A stretch of 64,000 nucleotides of DNA from a virus: positions 25,312-89,311 of the IMG/VR virus record IMGVR_UViG_3300044568_003751. One strand, written 5' to 3'. The notes below the pieces were generated by a model. It was given only the letters and a program-made list of their open reading frames with translations. It had not been told where the DNA came from and did not search any database. The stretch's first letter is position 1. Every line of letters starts with the position of its first letter. This document shows positions 29,321 through 37,189 of this stretch, one piece after another. The position numbers and the translations under genes are program-made.

Positions 29321-30323
29321 TCCATTGCTGTGCCAGTAGTTCTGTTTTCTTTTTTGTATACCATATGAACTGCATACTACCTACTTTACGAGCAATTTTG
29401 AGATATTGCTCATTAGCGTAGAAACAGTTTATGTATTGCTTCATAAATTGTTTATACGATGCATAATTGTCATGGTCGATTACTTGATTTATATTGTGCC
29501 ACATGTAGTTTTCAAACCCTGCAAAGTCAAAGAACGCACTGGTTTTTGCGGTTTGTGTGAATGCACTGTCTTTGGGAGAAAAGATTTGATTTTTAGTTGC
29601 AGCATAAAACCACCAACGTGCCTCTAACACCGTTTCAATAGGTCGTTGAGCTAATGCAAAATATTCTGTGCAAAATTCTTGCAGTGACGGATCTGTTATT
29701 ATAATCTGCCAGGGCTTGTGTAGAACTTGGTAACCTAGATTATCAAAGAAACTTTCGTCAAGACTGGCTGTGAACTCGTCGCCACCGTGGCCGTTAATCA
29801 TAATACCATCAAAAACTGTTTCTAAATACACATCACCGCTGATGTCTAGCATTTCTAATGTGGGATAATTTTTTTGTAGATATTCAAAGAATTCGCGATT
29901 TTCGTATACACTGAATGGGGAGTATAACACACGCAATTGATCTAGGTGTGTGGCATGTTTTAAGAATCCTGCTACCAAACAGGTTGAGTCAATGCCGCCA
30001 CTCCAGCACAGGTTAAGTTTTTCTCCTGTGCCGATGTAGTTGTCGACTCTTTGTGCCATGACTTCATCAAAGGTTTGTTTTGCTACAGGGGCTTGCCAAG
30101 GCCGCTGTACTGCAAACGCAAAAGGTCCAGGAACAGTTTGTGTTCTATCTACAGGCATACCGGCTGGATTGCTTGAAAATATAGAGTTTAACTCAATCAG
30201 ATTATTGTAACGATCAAAACCTTCAACCTTGGCAAGACTGCCTATCAACTGATACGGTTTGTTTTGCCAGTCTAGTATTCTATAAAAAAAACTAGGATTA
30301 ATTGTTGATAACAATGGTTTCAT
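29205..30323 (-). CDS. PP-loop protein, asparagine-synthetase-like synthetase domain
   Basis: WSGGIDST and NGHGGDE. Confidence 0.7.
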   Translation of the reverse strand: MKPLLSTINPSFFYRILDWQNKPYQLIGSLAKVEGFDRYNNLIELNSIFSSNPAGMPVDRTQTVPGPFAFAVQRPWQAPVAKQTFDEVMAQRVDNYIGTGEKLNLCWSGGIDSTCLVAGFLKHATHLDQLRVLYSPFSVYENREFFEYLQKNYPTLEMLDISGDVYLETVFDGIMINGHGGDEFTASLDESFFDNLGYQVLHKPWQIIITDPSLQEFCTEYFALAQRPIETVLEARWWFYAATKNQIFSPKDSAFTQTAKTSAFFDFAGFENYMWHNINQVIDHDNYASYKQFMKQYINCFYANEQYLKIARKVGSMQFIWYTKKKTELLAQQWIAYLEDGTGIRTPNLPLFSKCEFQNTYGDSLEYLFNYH

Positions 30324-30592
30324 GCGCTTCGATTAATTATTATATATATATAGAGATCTATTTGAAAATCGTCAAGGTCACCGGCATCATCTGTTTGAAA
30401 ATTCTGTATCTTGACCAGCAATTGGTTCTCATACAAATTTAGATGTTTCAGCATCCTAATCCTACGTTTAACTATAGTGGGATCTGTAGCGTTTACCAGC
30501 AACTCATCGAGTAACTGTGTTCTAGCTTGATTTGTTTTCGTAATTAATTTTTTTATTATTTTTATTTTGTAATAGTTTATATTGCTGCTCAT
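30320..30592 (-). CDS. Hypothetical protein
   Basis: 90 aa, very AT-rich; TAAATA just upstream. Confidence 0.5.
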   Translation of the reverse strand: MSSNINYYKIKIIKKLITKTNQARTQLLDELLVNATDPTIVKRRIRMLKHLNLYENQLLVKIQNFQTDDAGDLDDFQIDLYIYIIINRSA

Positions 30593-30619
30593 GATATATT
30601 TACTTGAAAACTTATCAGG

Positions 30620-30696
30620 TGGCCAGGTCCTGTAAGGAATTACCTCCACATTTCCGGGTTCGAAGCCCGGGATTCTATCCATTGAACTAAAGGCCG
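30620..30696 (-). tRNA. tRNA-Arg(UCG), degenerate T arm (possible pseudo-tRNA)
   Basis: D arm and CCGGG-CTTCGAA-CCCGG anticodon arm intact, ends CCA; no TTCG loop. Confidence 0.55.
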
Positions 30697-30700
30697 AATA

Positions 30701-30774
30701 TGGTGCTCCCACCGGGTAACGATCCTGGGTTTCTACATTACCAATGTAGTGTAATGCCTTTATACTATAGGAGC
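30701..30774 (-). tRNA. tRNA-Thr(GGU)
   Basis: Cloverleaf, CTACA-TTGGTAA-TGTAG, encoded CCA. Confidence 0.92.
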
Positions 30775-30777
30775 AAC

Positions 30778-30809
30778 TGGAGCGGAATACCAGAATCGAA
30801 CTGGTCACC
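30778..30809 (-). pseudogene. 3' fragment of a tRNA-Gly (T arm, acceptor 3' strand, CCA)
   Basis: GGTGACCAGTTCGATTCTGGTATTCCGCTCCA; no D or anticodon arm. Confidence 0.8.
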
Positions 30810-30854
30810 TAAATCAAGTAATTTTGTTATGAATTTTTTCCAACAGGAATAGTA

Positions 30855-31706
30855 TTATGTAACTCTTGAAGTGCTTACAAGACAAGTTCGATGCATAACA
30901 CGTGGACAATCATCTGGCGTGCCAGCGGCCAGATGCATCAATGCACGATTATCCCAAAACACAATATCAAACGGTTTCCATTTGTGTCGGTAAACATATC
31001 TGGGGTTGGTAGTGTGCTCAAATAAAAATTGCAGGAGTTCCTGGCCTTCTTTTTCGGGCAACCCGTCGATTCTAGAAGTAAAATGTGGGTTTACCCATAA
31101 AGTTTTGAATCCACCTACTGGATGTTGTTGTACAATAGATTGCAATCTAGGAGGATTCAACTCCCGTTGTTCATCAGAAAGACTTTGTCGCCAAGGATTC
31201 CGAGATTGCAATTCGTCATATTTAAGATAGTACACATGCTCGGCTTGTAGGCATTGCAATTGTTGTTTCATGTCTGCACTGAGATCATCATATGCGGCTT
31301 GTTGATCAGCAAACAGGGTATCACCACCTTGAGAAGGCAATAACTGTGCATGTAAAAATGTTCCATAGCCAGGATACTCTTTCCAACTGCTGTCTGCATG
31401 CCAGTAGAGACCGGCATCACGCATACCCAGTGGCCGGCCATCTTTGACAATATTGGATAATACCAACACTTCGGGTTGACTTGGCAAAGGGAAATCAAGC
31501 ACTGGATGATTGTTAGATGCTAATGTTCCAAAGTTTTTGCAAAAAAAGACAAGTTTATCAGGGGTAATTTGTTGATCCCGGAATATCAACAGATGTTCCT
31601 TGAGATGCGTTGATTTTAAATCAGCAATTGCTTGACTACTTAGCCGCTGAGAACAATCAAGATCTGTAACTTCTGCGCCAAATGTTGCTAGTGCCGTAAT
31701 TTTCAT
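30855..31706 (-). CDS. TauD/TfdA family Fe(II)/2-oxoglutarate dioxygenase
   Basis: WHAD, GGDTLFAD, WDNR..MH, R.MHR. Confidence 0.95.
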   Translation of the reverse strand: MKITALATFGAEVTDLDCSQRLSSQAIADLKSTHLKEHLLIFRDQQITPDKLVFFCKNFGTLASNNHPVLDFPLPSQPEVLVLSNIVKDGRPLGMRDAGLYWHADSSWKEYPGYGTFLHAQLLPSQGGDTLFADQQAAYDDLSADMKQQLQCLQAEHVYYLKYDELQSRNPWRQSLSDEQRELNPPRLQSIVQQHPVGGFKTLWVNPHFTSRIDGLPEKEGQELLQFLFEHTTNPRYVYRHKWKPFDIVFWDNRALMHLAAGTPDDCPRVMHRTCLVSTSRVT

Positions 31707-31745
31707 GGTGCAATTACTTAGTTGACACCAAAGTTAGTCAGATAA

Positions 31746-32069
31746 TTATTCAGGATTAACTTGGGCACTAATAATCATTGGAGGATATTCGAGTCCTTGA
31801 CCTAAATTTTCTGATAGAACAACATCAACCCAGGCTTGTGCAGTGGCAAGATCGGGCCAAGTACGACTGATATGTCTTGGTGTGCCTTCAGTCACACTTT
31901 CAACTACAGATTCATTTACAAGGTTATCACTTGAACATCCGTGCGTTTTTGTAAATCTTTCTAAAATTGATTCGAAATTCATTTTGTAAGCAGACATTGC
32001 TGTTACAAATTCGCTTTCAGATAAGCGATGATGGGCAAATCCCCCGAAAACTACAGTAGTTGTAGGCAT
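31746..32069 (-). CDS. Hypothetical protein
   Basis: Start MPTTT with GGAG RBS and TAAATA at 32093-32098. Confidence 0.65.
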   Translation of the reverse strand: MPTTTVVFGGFAHHRLSESEFVTAMSAYKMNFESILERFTKTHGCSSDNLVNESVVESVTEGTPRHISRTWPDLATAQAWVDVVLSENLGQGLEYPPMIISAQVNPE

Positions 32070-32153
32070 ATAAATCTCCAATTCACGTCGAGTATTTATG
32101 CTGGACTTGTCAATAATATTCAAGAGTTATTGTAGTATAAAATTACAAATATT

Positions 32154-32227
32154 TGGAGCGGGATACGAGAATCGAACTCGTCACTAAACCTTGGCAAGAT
32201 TTCGAGATACCACTTCACCAATCCCGC
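32154..32227 (-). tRNA. tRNA-Gly(GCC)
   Basis: Cloverleaf, TTGCCAA loop, CCA. Confidence 0.92.
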
Positions 32228-32239
32228 ATTTGAGAAAAA

Positions 32240-32290
32240 CCCTGTCGTGTGAGCCAACTTCCGGGAGTGGGCAACTCACAGAGGACAGGG
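32240..32290 (-). ncRNA. Long imperfect hairpin of unknown function (possible terminator)
   Basis: CCCTGTC/GACAGGG and TGTGAG/CTCACA stems followed by U5 on -. Confidence 0.45.
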
Positions 32291-32308
32291 CCGTGTTGTT
32301 ATTACTTG

Positions 32309-32782
32309 TTAGGCTGCACGTAGATCTTTGAATCTATCTGCCGCATATGAAGCCGCAAACGCATCGGGTTTGACAAAAGGTATAACATTACACACACCTT
32401 TGATGTAGCCTATGGCCTGTGATATTACACAACTTGATCCGTGTATTTCGTCTGGGTTGATGTCCAAGTGAACTTCAACTTCACGTCCTTCTAGTACTTC
32501 GGCCAGTTTCAAGTACAATTCGCTCACTTTGTACACTTCGGTCATCAACCTTAAACTGGGACGACTGGCTCGTTGATCCCAGTCGCGTTCACGTTGCACT
32601 TCACCAAACAGTTTGCAACCGTTGTTGCCATTGATGTGTACCACAATGGCCAACACATAGTCAGCATGCCAGGCACCGTTGATTTTTACACGCTCTGAAT
32701 CGCAACCAAGATAGATTCGAGTTTCGGGTGTTTGCGCCCGTATAAACTGTGCCACTTGGTCAATGTCTAGTTTTTTCATCAT
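32309..32782 (-). CDS. RNase H-like YkuK (DUF458) family protein
   Basis: IYLGCDS, RLMTEV, EVHLDIN, KPDAFAASYAADR. Confidence 0.85.
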   Translation of the reverse strand: MMKKLDIDQVAQFIRAQTPETRIYLGCDSERVKINGAWHADYVLAIVVHINGNNGCKLFGEVQRERDWDQRASRPSLRLMTEVYKVSELYLKLAEVLEGREVEVHLDINPDEIHGSSCVISQAIGYIKGVCNVIPFVKPDAFAASYAADRFKDLRAA

Positions 32783-32823
32783 CGTCTTTCTATTTAACTC
32801 AAAAACTGTTACAGTTTTATTAA

Positions 32824-32904
32824 TGGTACCCCGGGTGGGAGTTGAACCCACATTTGAATTTCTCCTTTTGAGAGAGATGACTTTGCCAATTTGTCTACCG
32901 GGGC
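32824..32904 (-). tRNA. tRNA-Leu(CAA)
   Basis: CTCAAAA loop, CCA. Confidence 0.9.
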
Positions 32905-32907
32905 AAT

Positions 32908-32990
32908 TGGTACGAGTAGCCGGACTTGAACCGGCAAGCCTAAGCGGAAGATTTTAAATCTTCTGAGTTTACCAATTTCTCCATACTCGC
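32908..32990 (-). tRNA. tRNA-Leu(UAA)
   Basis: GAAGA-TTTAAAA-TCTTC, long variable arm, CCA. Confidence 0.93.
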
Positions 32991-32994
32991 TGAA

Positions 32995-33071
32995 TGGTGC
33001 CCCAAGAGAGACTCGAACTCTCAAAATTTGGCTTCTAAGACCAACACGTATACCAATTCCGTCATCGGGGC
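32995..33071 (-). tRNA. tRNA-Leu(UAG), short variable loop
   Basis: TTGGT-CTTAGAA-GCCAA; 77 nt. Confidence 0.9.
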
Positions 33072-33236
33072 AAATAAATATCATTATGATTACAATTGAA
33101 CATGCTATGCAAACGTTATTCCAAATATCTGGTACACAGCCGTATGTGCCAGAAACTCATGCTACCACCACTAGACAATTCACTGTGAATGCCATGCTAG
33201 AGCCGCTGAATCTAAAGTTCAAACTAGATCCCTTGT

Positions 33237-33312
33237 TGGTGCCTCCTCCAGGTTCCGACCCTGGTTCCCCGGATTTTCAATCCGGTGCTATGACCACATC
33301 AGCTAAAGAGGC
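33237..33312 (-). tRNA. tRNA-Phe(GAA)
   Basis: CCGGA-TTGAAAA-TCCGG; atypical T loop GTCGGAA. Confidence 0.9.
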
Positions 33313-33317
33313 GTAAT

Positions 33318-33391
33318 TGGTACCTCGTGACAGAATCGAACTGCCGTAACCGCCGTGTAAAGACGGAGTTCTACCATTAAACTAACGAGGC
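33318..33391 (-). tRNA. tRNA-Val(UAC)
   Basis: TTTACAC loop, CCA. Confidence 0.93.
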
Positions 33392-33396
33392 GTATT

Positions 33397-33488
33397 TGGC
33401 GGAAGACGGAGGAGTCGAACCCCATCCGATTTCTCGGAACCTGGTTTTCAAGGCCAGTCGCGGCACCAACCCCGCTGCATCATCTTCC
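33397..33488 (-). tRNA. tRNA-Ser(UGA), atypical D region
   Basis: CTTGAAA loop, long variable arm, GCCA end. Confidence 0.85.
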
Positions 33489-33504
33489 TTATTGAATTAA
33501 AAAA

Positions 33505-33680
33505 AGTACTACCCGATGTTTAAGGGTATAGAACATCCTTTCGGGTAGCCCTTGTCCCTCCAGCAACATAAAACGACTGTGACTAGCAGTCTACCGCGGC
33601 TTTCGCCCGTTCAGCGGCGCTGGATCTAATAAGGTCCCTGGTAGTTGGGCCCATAGTCAATGAGTTTTTAACACACTTTT
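33505..33680 (-). ncRNA. Unannotated structured RNA between tRNA-Cys and tRNA-Ser
   Basis: Stems TCCAGC/GCTGGA, CCGC/GCGG, GGC-GAAA-GCC, GACTG/CAGTC, CTACCCGA/TCGGGTAG. Confidence 0.55.
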
Positions 33681-33688
33681 TCTAAACT

Positions 33689-33766
33689 TGGAGTAGCGGG
33701 TGAGATTCGAACTCACGGCTTTACGGATTTGCAATCCGTTCCCTTGGACCACTCGGGCACCGCTAC
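33689..33766 (-). tRNA. tRNA-Cys(GCA)
   Basis: ACGGA-TTGCAAA-TCCGT, U73, CCA. Confidence 0.93.
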
Positions 33767-33772
33767 ATAAAT

Positions 33773-33925
33773 TTAACTTGGCACAATATGAGGAATGTAA
33801 GGAACGGCTCGAGGTCCGCCGTACATCTGCTCAAACAACTTCTTGGCTTCCTGCGGTGTGCCCGCATAGATACGCTTTTTTTCTTCGCCCTGTGGTGTGC
33901 GAACTGTTGTTTCATACATTGGCAT
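33773..33925 (-). CDS. Small protein (50 aa, MPMYETTVRTPQGEEKKRIYA...)
   Basis: Read by eye; AGGAGA RBS. Confidence 0.7.
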   Translation of the reverse strand: MPMYETTVRTPQGEEKKRIYAGTPQEAKKLFEQMYGGPRAVPYIPHIVPS

Positions 33926-33939
33926 ATTATTCTCCTAAT

Positions 33940-34016
33940 TGGTCCGAGTAGTAGGATTCAAACCTACGACCCTCTGGTCCCAAACCAGATGCGCTATCAG
34001 GCTGCGCTATACTCGG
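33940..34016 (-). tRNA. tRNA-Pro(UGG)
   Basis: TCTGG-TTTGGGA-CCAGA. Confidence 0.93.
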
Positions 34017-34022
34017 GTAATT

Positions 34023-34250
34023 TTATTTCTTGGCCGACAACGGCTCTTGTGACTTTTCTATCTCTGATGTCTCGGCAAATCCTGCATTGCCACCAAAACC
34101 TTTCCAGCTGTCTTCTGTAAAAATTCTAACAGGTCGCCAGAAGCGGGCAATGATGTTGTTGATCACCACAATTCCAATTGCCACAGCAATAAAGCCTAAT
34201 GCTGTCAAAACACTACCGGCTAAAAATACCGCCGCTTGATCCATGTCCAT
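34023..34250 (-). CDS. Small membrane protein
   Basis: One long hydrophobic helix; AAGGA RBS. Confidence 0.7.
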   Translation of the reverse strand: MDMDQAAVFLAGSVLTALGFIAVAIGIVVINNIIARFWRPVRIFTEDSWKGFGGNAGFAETSEIEKSQEPLSAKK

Positions 34251-34267
34251 AAGTTTTTCCTTAATTT

Positions 34268-34341
34268 TGGAGCGGGATGAGAGAATCGAACTCTCAACTC
34301 TAACTTGGAAGGATAGCGTTTTGCCACTAAACTAATCCCGC
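34268..34341 (-). tRNA. tRNA-Gly(UCC)
   Basis: CTTCCAA loop, CCA. Confidence 0.92.
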
Positions 34342-34387
34342 GTTGAACATGTAGTATACAATATTTTTTGGATATTGTAAAGACATT

Positions 34388-34461
34388 TGGTTCCCTGTCG
34401 AGGTAACGATCCTCGGTCTCTCGATTATCAGTCGAGTGCTCTACCTTTGAGCTAACGGGGA
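34388..34461 (-). tRNA. tRNA-Ile(GAU)
   Basis: CTCGA-CTGATAA-TCGAG; T loop ATCGTTA. Confidence 0.92.
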
Positions 34462-34467
34462 AAATAC

Positions 34468-34541
34468 TGGCACGGGAACTAGGGCTCGAACCTAGAATGA
34501 CAGAGTCAAAGTCTGTAGTGTTACCATTACACTATTCCCGA
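34468..34541 (-). tRNA. tRNA-Gln(UUG)
   Basis: ACAGA-CTTTGAC-TCTGT. Confidence 0.93.
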
Positions 34542-34553
34542 ACAAAAACTTTA

Positions 34554-34628
34554 TGGTGGATGAGAGTAGAGTCGAACTACCACTTGACTCCGTATGAAGG
34601 AGGCGCACTACCATTATGCTACTCATCC
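34554..34628 (-). tRNA. tRNA with CAU anticodon (elongator Met or Ile2)
   Basis: CTCC-TTCATAC-GGAG, CCA. Confidence 0.85.
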
Positions 34629-34630
34629 AT

Positions 34631-34707
34631 TGGGGTGCATGATGGGATTCGAACCCACGCATATCGGAATCACAATCCGAGGTCTTGACCGCTTGACGAC
34701 ACGCACC
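34631..34707 (-). tRNA. tRNA-His(GUG)
   Basis: TTGTGAT loop, G-1:C73. Confidence 0.93.
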
Positions 34708-34741
34708 ATATAGAAACACACCAAGCAAATATGTTTTCATA

Positions 34742-34816
34742 TGGTAGGGGCACAGAGAATCGAACTCTGATTTACGGGTTAAAAGCCCGCTACTTTGGCC
34801 GTTAAGTTATACCCCC
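34742..34816 (-). tRNA. tRNA-Lys(UUU)
   Basis: GCGGG-CTTTTAA-CCCGT. Confidence 0.93.
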
Positions 34817-34868
34817 ACTAATCTTATCACTCTTGTCACAGTCTATGGGACTCTCCTTTTAAAATATT

Positions 34869-34943
34869 TGGTACCGCTGGAAGGAATCAAACCTCCATCC
34901 CCACGTTCGTAGCATGGTGTCCTGTTCATTGAACGACAGCGAT
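34869..34943 (-). tRNA. tRNA-Arg(ACG)
   Basis: CCATG-CTACGAA-CGTGG. Confidence 0.88.
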
Positions 34944-34948
34944 ATGAT

Positions 34949-35022
34949 TGGTGCCCCATGAGAGAATCGAACTCCCGTACCCGGATTACAAAACCGGTGT
35001 AATGCCATTATACTAATAGGGC
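34949..35022 (-). tRNA. tRNA-Thr(UGU)
   Basis: TTTGTAA loop, CCA. Confidence 0.93.
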
Positions 35023-35028
35023 AAATTT

Positions 35029-35116
35029 TGGCGGAGTATGTAGGAATCGAACCTACTCGCCCATTTCTGAACGACAGTTTAGCAAACTGTTGCCTTAACC
35101 GGTCGGCCAATACTCC
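35029..35116 (-). tRNA. tRNA-Ser(GCU)
   Basis: TTGCTAA loop, long variable arm. Confidence 0.93.
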
Positions 35117-35124
35117 ATACTTAC

Positions 35125-35203
35125 TGGCTCCGCATTTCGGAATCGGACCGAACTAACCAGGGATTAACAGTCCCGCCCATGCACCTTGCTCGGGTTCTGC
35201 GGA
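35125..35203 (-). tRNA. tRNA-Asn(GUU)
   Basis: GGGA-CTGTTAA-TCCC, GCCA end. Confidence 0.88.
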
Positions 35204-35244
35204 ATAAAACTACTTAGCAGGCACTCATGCCTGCCTTAAAAACA

Positions 35245-35330
35245 TGGTGGAGAGTCAGGGATTCGAACCCCGTATACCGTAAGGTGGAAGATTTACAGTC
35301 TCCTGAAGTCACCAATGCTTCTCACTCTCC
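35245..35330 (-). tRNA. tRNA-Tyr(GUA)
   Basis: CTGTAAA loop, long variable arm. Confidence 0.93.
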
Positions 35331-35334
35331 AATT

Positions 35335-35409
35335 TGGTGGACCGTCCCGGGTTCGAACCGGGGACTGAGGCTTGCAAAGCCACTGTGTTCCCAACTATAC
35401 CAACAGCCC
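35335..35409 (-). tRNA. tRNA-Ala(UGC)
   Basis: TTTGCAA loop, G3:U70. Confidence 0.93.
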
Positions 35410-35415
35410 ATAATT

Positions 35416-35489
35416 TGGCGACTCGTGATGGAATCGAACCACCGCTAGAAGTTTTGGAGACTTCCGCACTGCCACTATACTAACGAGCC
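35416..35489 (-). tRNA. tRNA-Trp(CCA)
   Basis: CTCCAAA loop, GCCA end. Confidence 0.93.
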
Positions 35490-35649
35490 ACGTCACACTG
35501 TTGCCAATGTGTGTATCAAAACACACTCTAAGAATATGCTTTGATACGCTCGGATTTTTTTTGTGTACAAGAACACAAGCCATCCCCGAGGCCGCCCATT
35601 TGCAGTTTTGAGTGTTGCAGGCTCGCGTTGCCATTGCACTTGATAACGC

Positions 35650-35697
35650 TTATTGCACGTTATCGTGAATCCACTTCCAGTACTCTTCTGTTGTCAT
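35650..35697 (-). CDS. 15-aa mini-ORF MTTEEYWKWIHDNVQ
   Basis: AAGGAGA RBS; lies between the attenuator terminator and tRNA-Trp. Confidence 0.5.
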   Translation of the reverse strand: MTTEEYWKWIHDNVQ

Positions 35698-35710
35698 CGC
35701 TGTTCTCCTT

Positions 35711-35745
35711 AAAAAGAAAAACCCTGGAGTTTTTAGTTCCAGGGT
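35711..35745 (-). terminator. Intrinsic terminator of putative attenuator 1
   Basis: ACCCTGGA-loop-TCCAGGGT followed by TTTTCTTTTT. Confidence 0.85.
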
Positions 35746-35774
35746 CCTTGGCTTAGATACGATTGTATACTACG

Positions 35775-35888
35775 TTAAGACCCTGTGTCTCCTAGAATGA
35801 TTGCTGTTGGGCGACCATAGGCATGTGACCAGGCTGGTGCCTGATTAAACATTGTCTTGGTTAGCAGTGAACAGATTTGTGTTTTCAT
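35775..35888 (-). CDS. Putative leader peptide 1 (37 aa, MKTQICSLLTKTMFNQAPAWSHAYGRPTAIILGDTGS)
   Basis: ATG 7 nt after a consensus -10; 3' end complementary to the terminator 5' arm. Confidence 0.6.
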   Translation of the reverse strand: MKTQICSLLTKTMFNQAPAWSHAYGRPTAIILGDTGS

Positions 35889-35895
35889 AGTATCA

Positions 35896-35924
35896 ATTAT
35901 AGTTTATTTACCTTTGTGTGTCAA
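35896..35924 (-). promoter_or_regulatory. Consensus sigma70 promoter heading the main tRNA operon
   Basis: TTGACA-N17-TATAAT; spacer also contains TAAATA. Confidence 0.85.
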
Positions 35925-35965
35925 TCACTTTGGCAAACTTTTTTGTTGTATTTACGCAACAGATT

Positions 35966-37096
35966 TTATTCACCTATACAGAAGGGTTTGCTGTAGATTG
36001 GTGCACCAACATCTTTTCCAATTATGCTGTTAACGGGATTGGTACTGTTTTCTATCAAATGATTACAAAAGTTTTTTTCTAACAAAAGATTTTTTATGCC
36101 TTTTACAAAAAGATCGGCCACAACATTGTCCTTCTTTAGCAAGGCATCTAGGCCAGTATCAAATGTTCGGGAAAGATCACCGTCAATGGTGTCCATTGTT
36201 ATTACTACTGATTCAAATTTATTTTCTTGTATTTTTTGTGTGAAACTGCCACCTGATACTATCTCTTTTTGTCTAGACAAATTTTTTGCCCAAGAAATAT
36301 AAGCGGCATTAGAAGAAATTCTAAATTTTGCGCCAGTAGGATCTAGACTAGCATTGTATGCATTTGCATTCATACGAAGTTTAAGCATTTTTTTAATCAT
36401 ATGACTTTGTTTGAGTGCCAAGACTGGGGCAGTAAAAAAACATTCAATATTCTCAAAATTCATTGTACTCAGCAAGGTTCTTGCATCATGACATGAATAA
36501 TATTTGTTATCTTTCTTGAATACTCTAGGTTGCTCGTGTCCAGTAATCAAACACCAAGTTGATCCACCAAACTGGTCGGCACAGTAATCCCACATGACAG
36601 AGTCCATGGTTCCCATGGCAAATTTAGGAATCATAGAAATATTTTTAAAAATCCAATCTTCTCCGGTTACAATTTGTTGTTTAGCCGCAGGATCAAATCG
36701 TTCTTTGACAGTGATTTTGGTCAAGGGATCATGATGATTATTTTTCAGCCAATCCACATACTGTGAATTGTACCAGGGCTCGTACTGATCATTTACCCAG
36801 ATAACAATTTCATCAATATGCAAATTATTACGTTTGAACACTTCGTAGATGGTCTGACTGTCAGTGCCACCGCTCCAGGACAGCATAACGTGTTGATATT
36901 TGTTTCTTAAATTACATGCATGGCGATCCATCAGTTGATCAAGAGACTCGGTGGGTTCTTGCAACCAATTCAGTTGATCATTCTGTTGATCATGACAAAC
37001 AAACTCAATGGGTTTCTTGCTTACAAATGCCTCATATTTGGCAAGCAGGTGATTGAAAATTATTTTATTGTTGACACGAAAGTAGATGGAAGTCAT
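35966..37096 (-). CDS. PP-loop protein of unknown function
   Basis: LRNKY..LSWSGGTDS..FKRNNLHIDEI, GHEQPR; paralog of 43574..44689. Confidence 0.7.
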   Translation of the reverse strand: MTSIYFRVNNKIIFNHLLAKYEAFVSKKPIEFVCHDQQNDQLNWLQEPTESLDQLMDRHACNLRNKYQHVMLSWSGGTDSQTIYEVFKRNNLHIDEIVIWVNDQYEPWYNSQYVDWLKNNHHDPLTKITVKERFDPAAKQQIVTGEDWIFKNISMIPKFAMGTMDSVMWDYCADQFGGSTWCLITGHEQPRVFKKDNKYYSCHDARTLLSTMNFENIECFFTAPVLALKQSHMIKKMLKLRMNANAYNASLDPTGAKFRISSNAAYISWAKNLSRQKEIVSGGSFTQKIQENKFESVVITMDTIDGDLSRTFDTGLDALLKKDNVVADLFVKGIKNLLLEKNFCNHLIENSTNPVNSIIGKDVGAPIYSKPFCIGE

Positions 37097-37105
37097 GTGT
37101 ATGAT

Positions 37106-37179
37106 TGGATGCGGGGGACAGATTCGAACTGCCGATGCACCTGGCTTATGAGACCGGTGTGGTGACCGCCCTCCCCGCT
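37106..37179 (-). tRNA. tRNA-Met(CAU), initiator-like, reduced D arm
   Basis: A1.A72 mismatch, CTCATAA loop, GTTCGAATC, CCA. Confidence 0.75.
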
Positions 37180-37189
37180 GTGTATTTAA

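Noticed and set aside
32240-32290. SRP (4.5S) RNA, suggested by CCGGAAG
   Set aside because: Too short and lacks the CAGG..GGAA..AGCA internal loop.
33397-33488. tRNA-Sec, suggested by GGAAGAT..TCTTCCGCCA ends
   Set aside because: The anticodon reads UGA (Ser), not UCA, and the acceptor stem is 7 bp.
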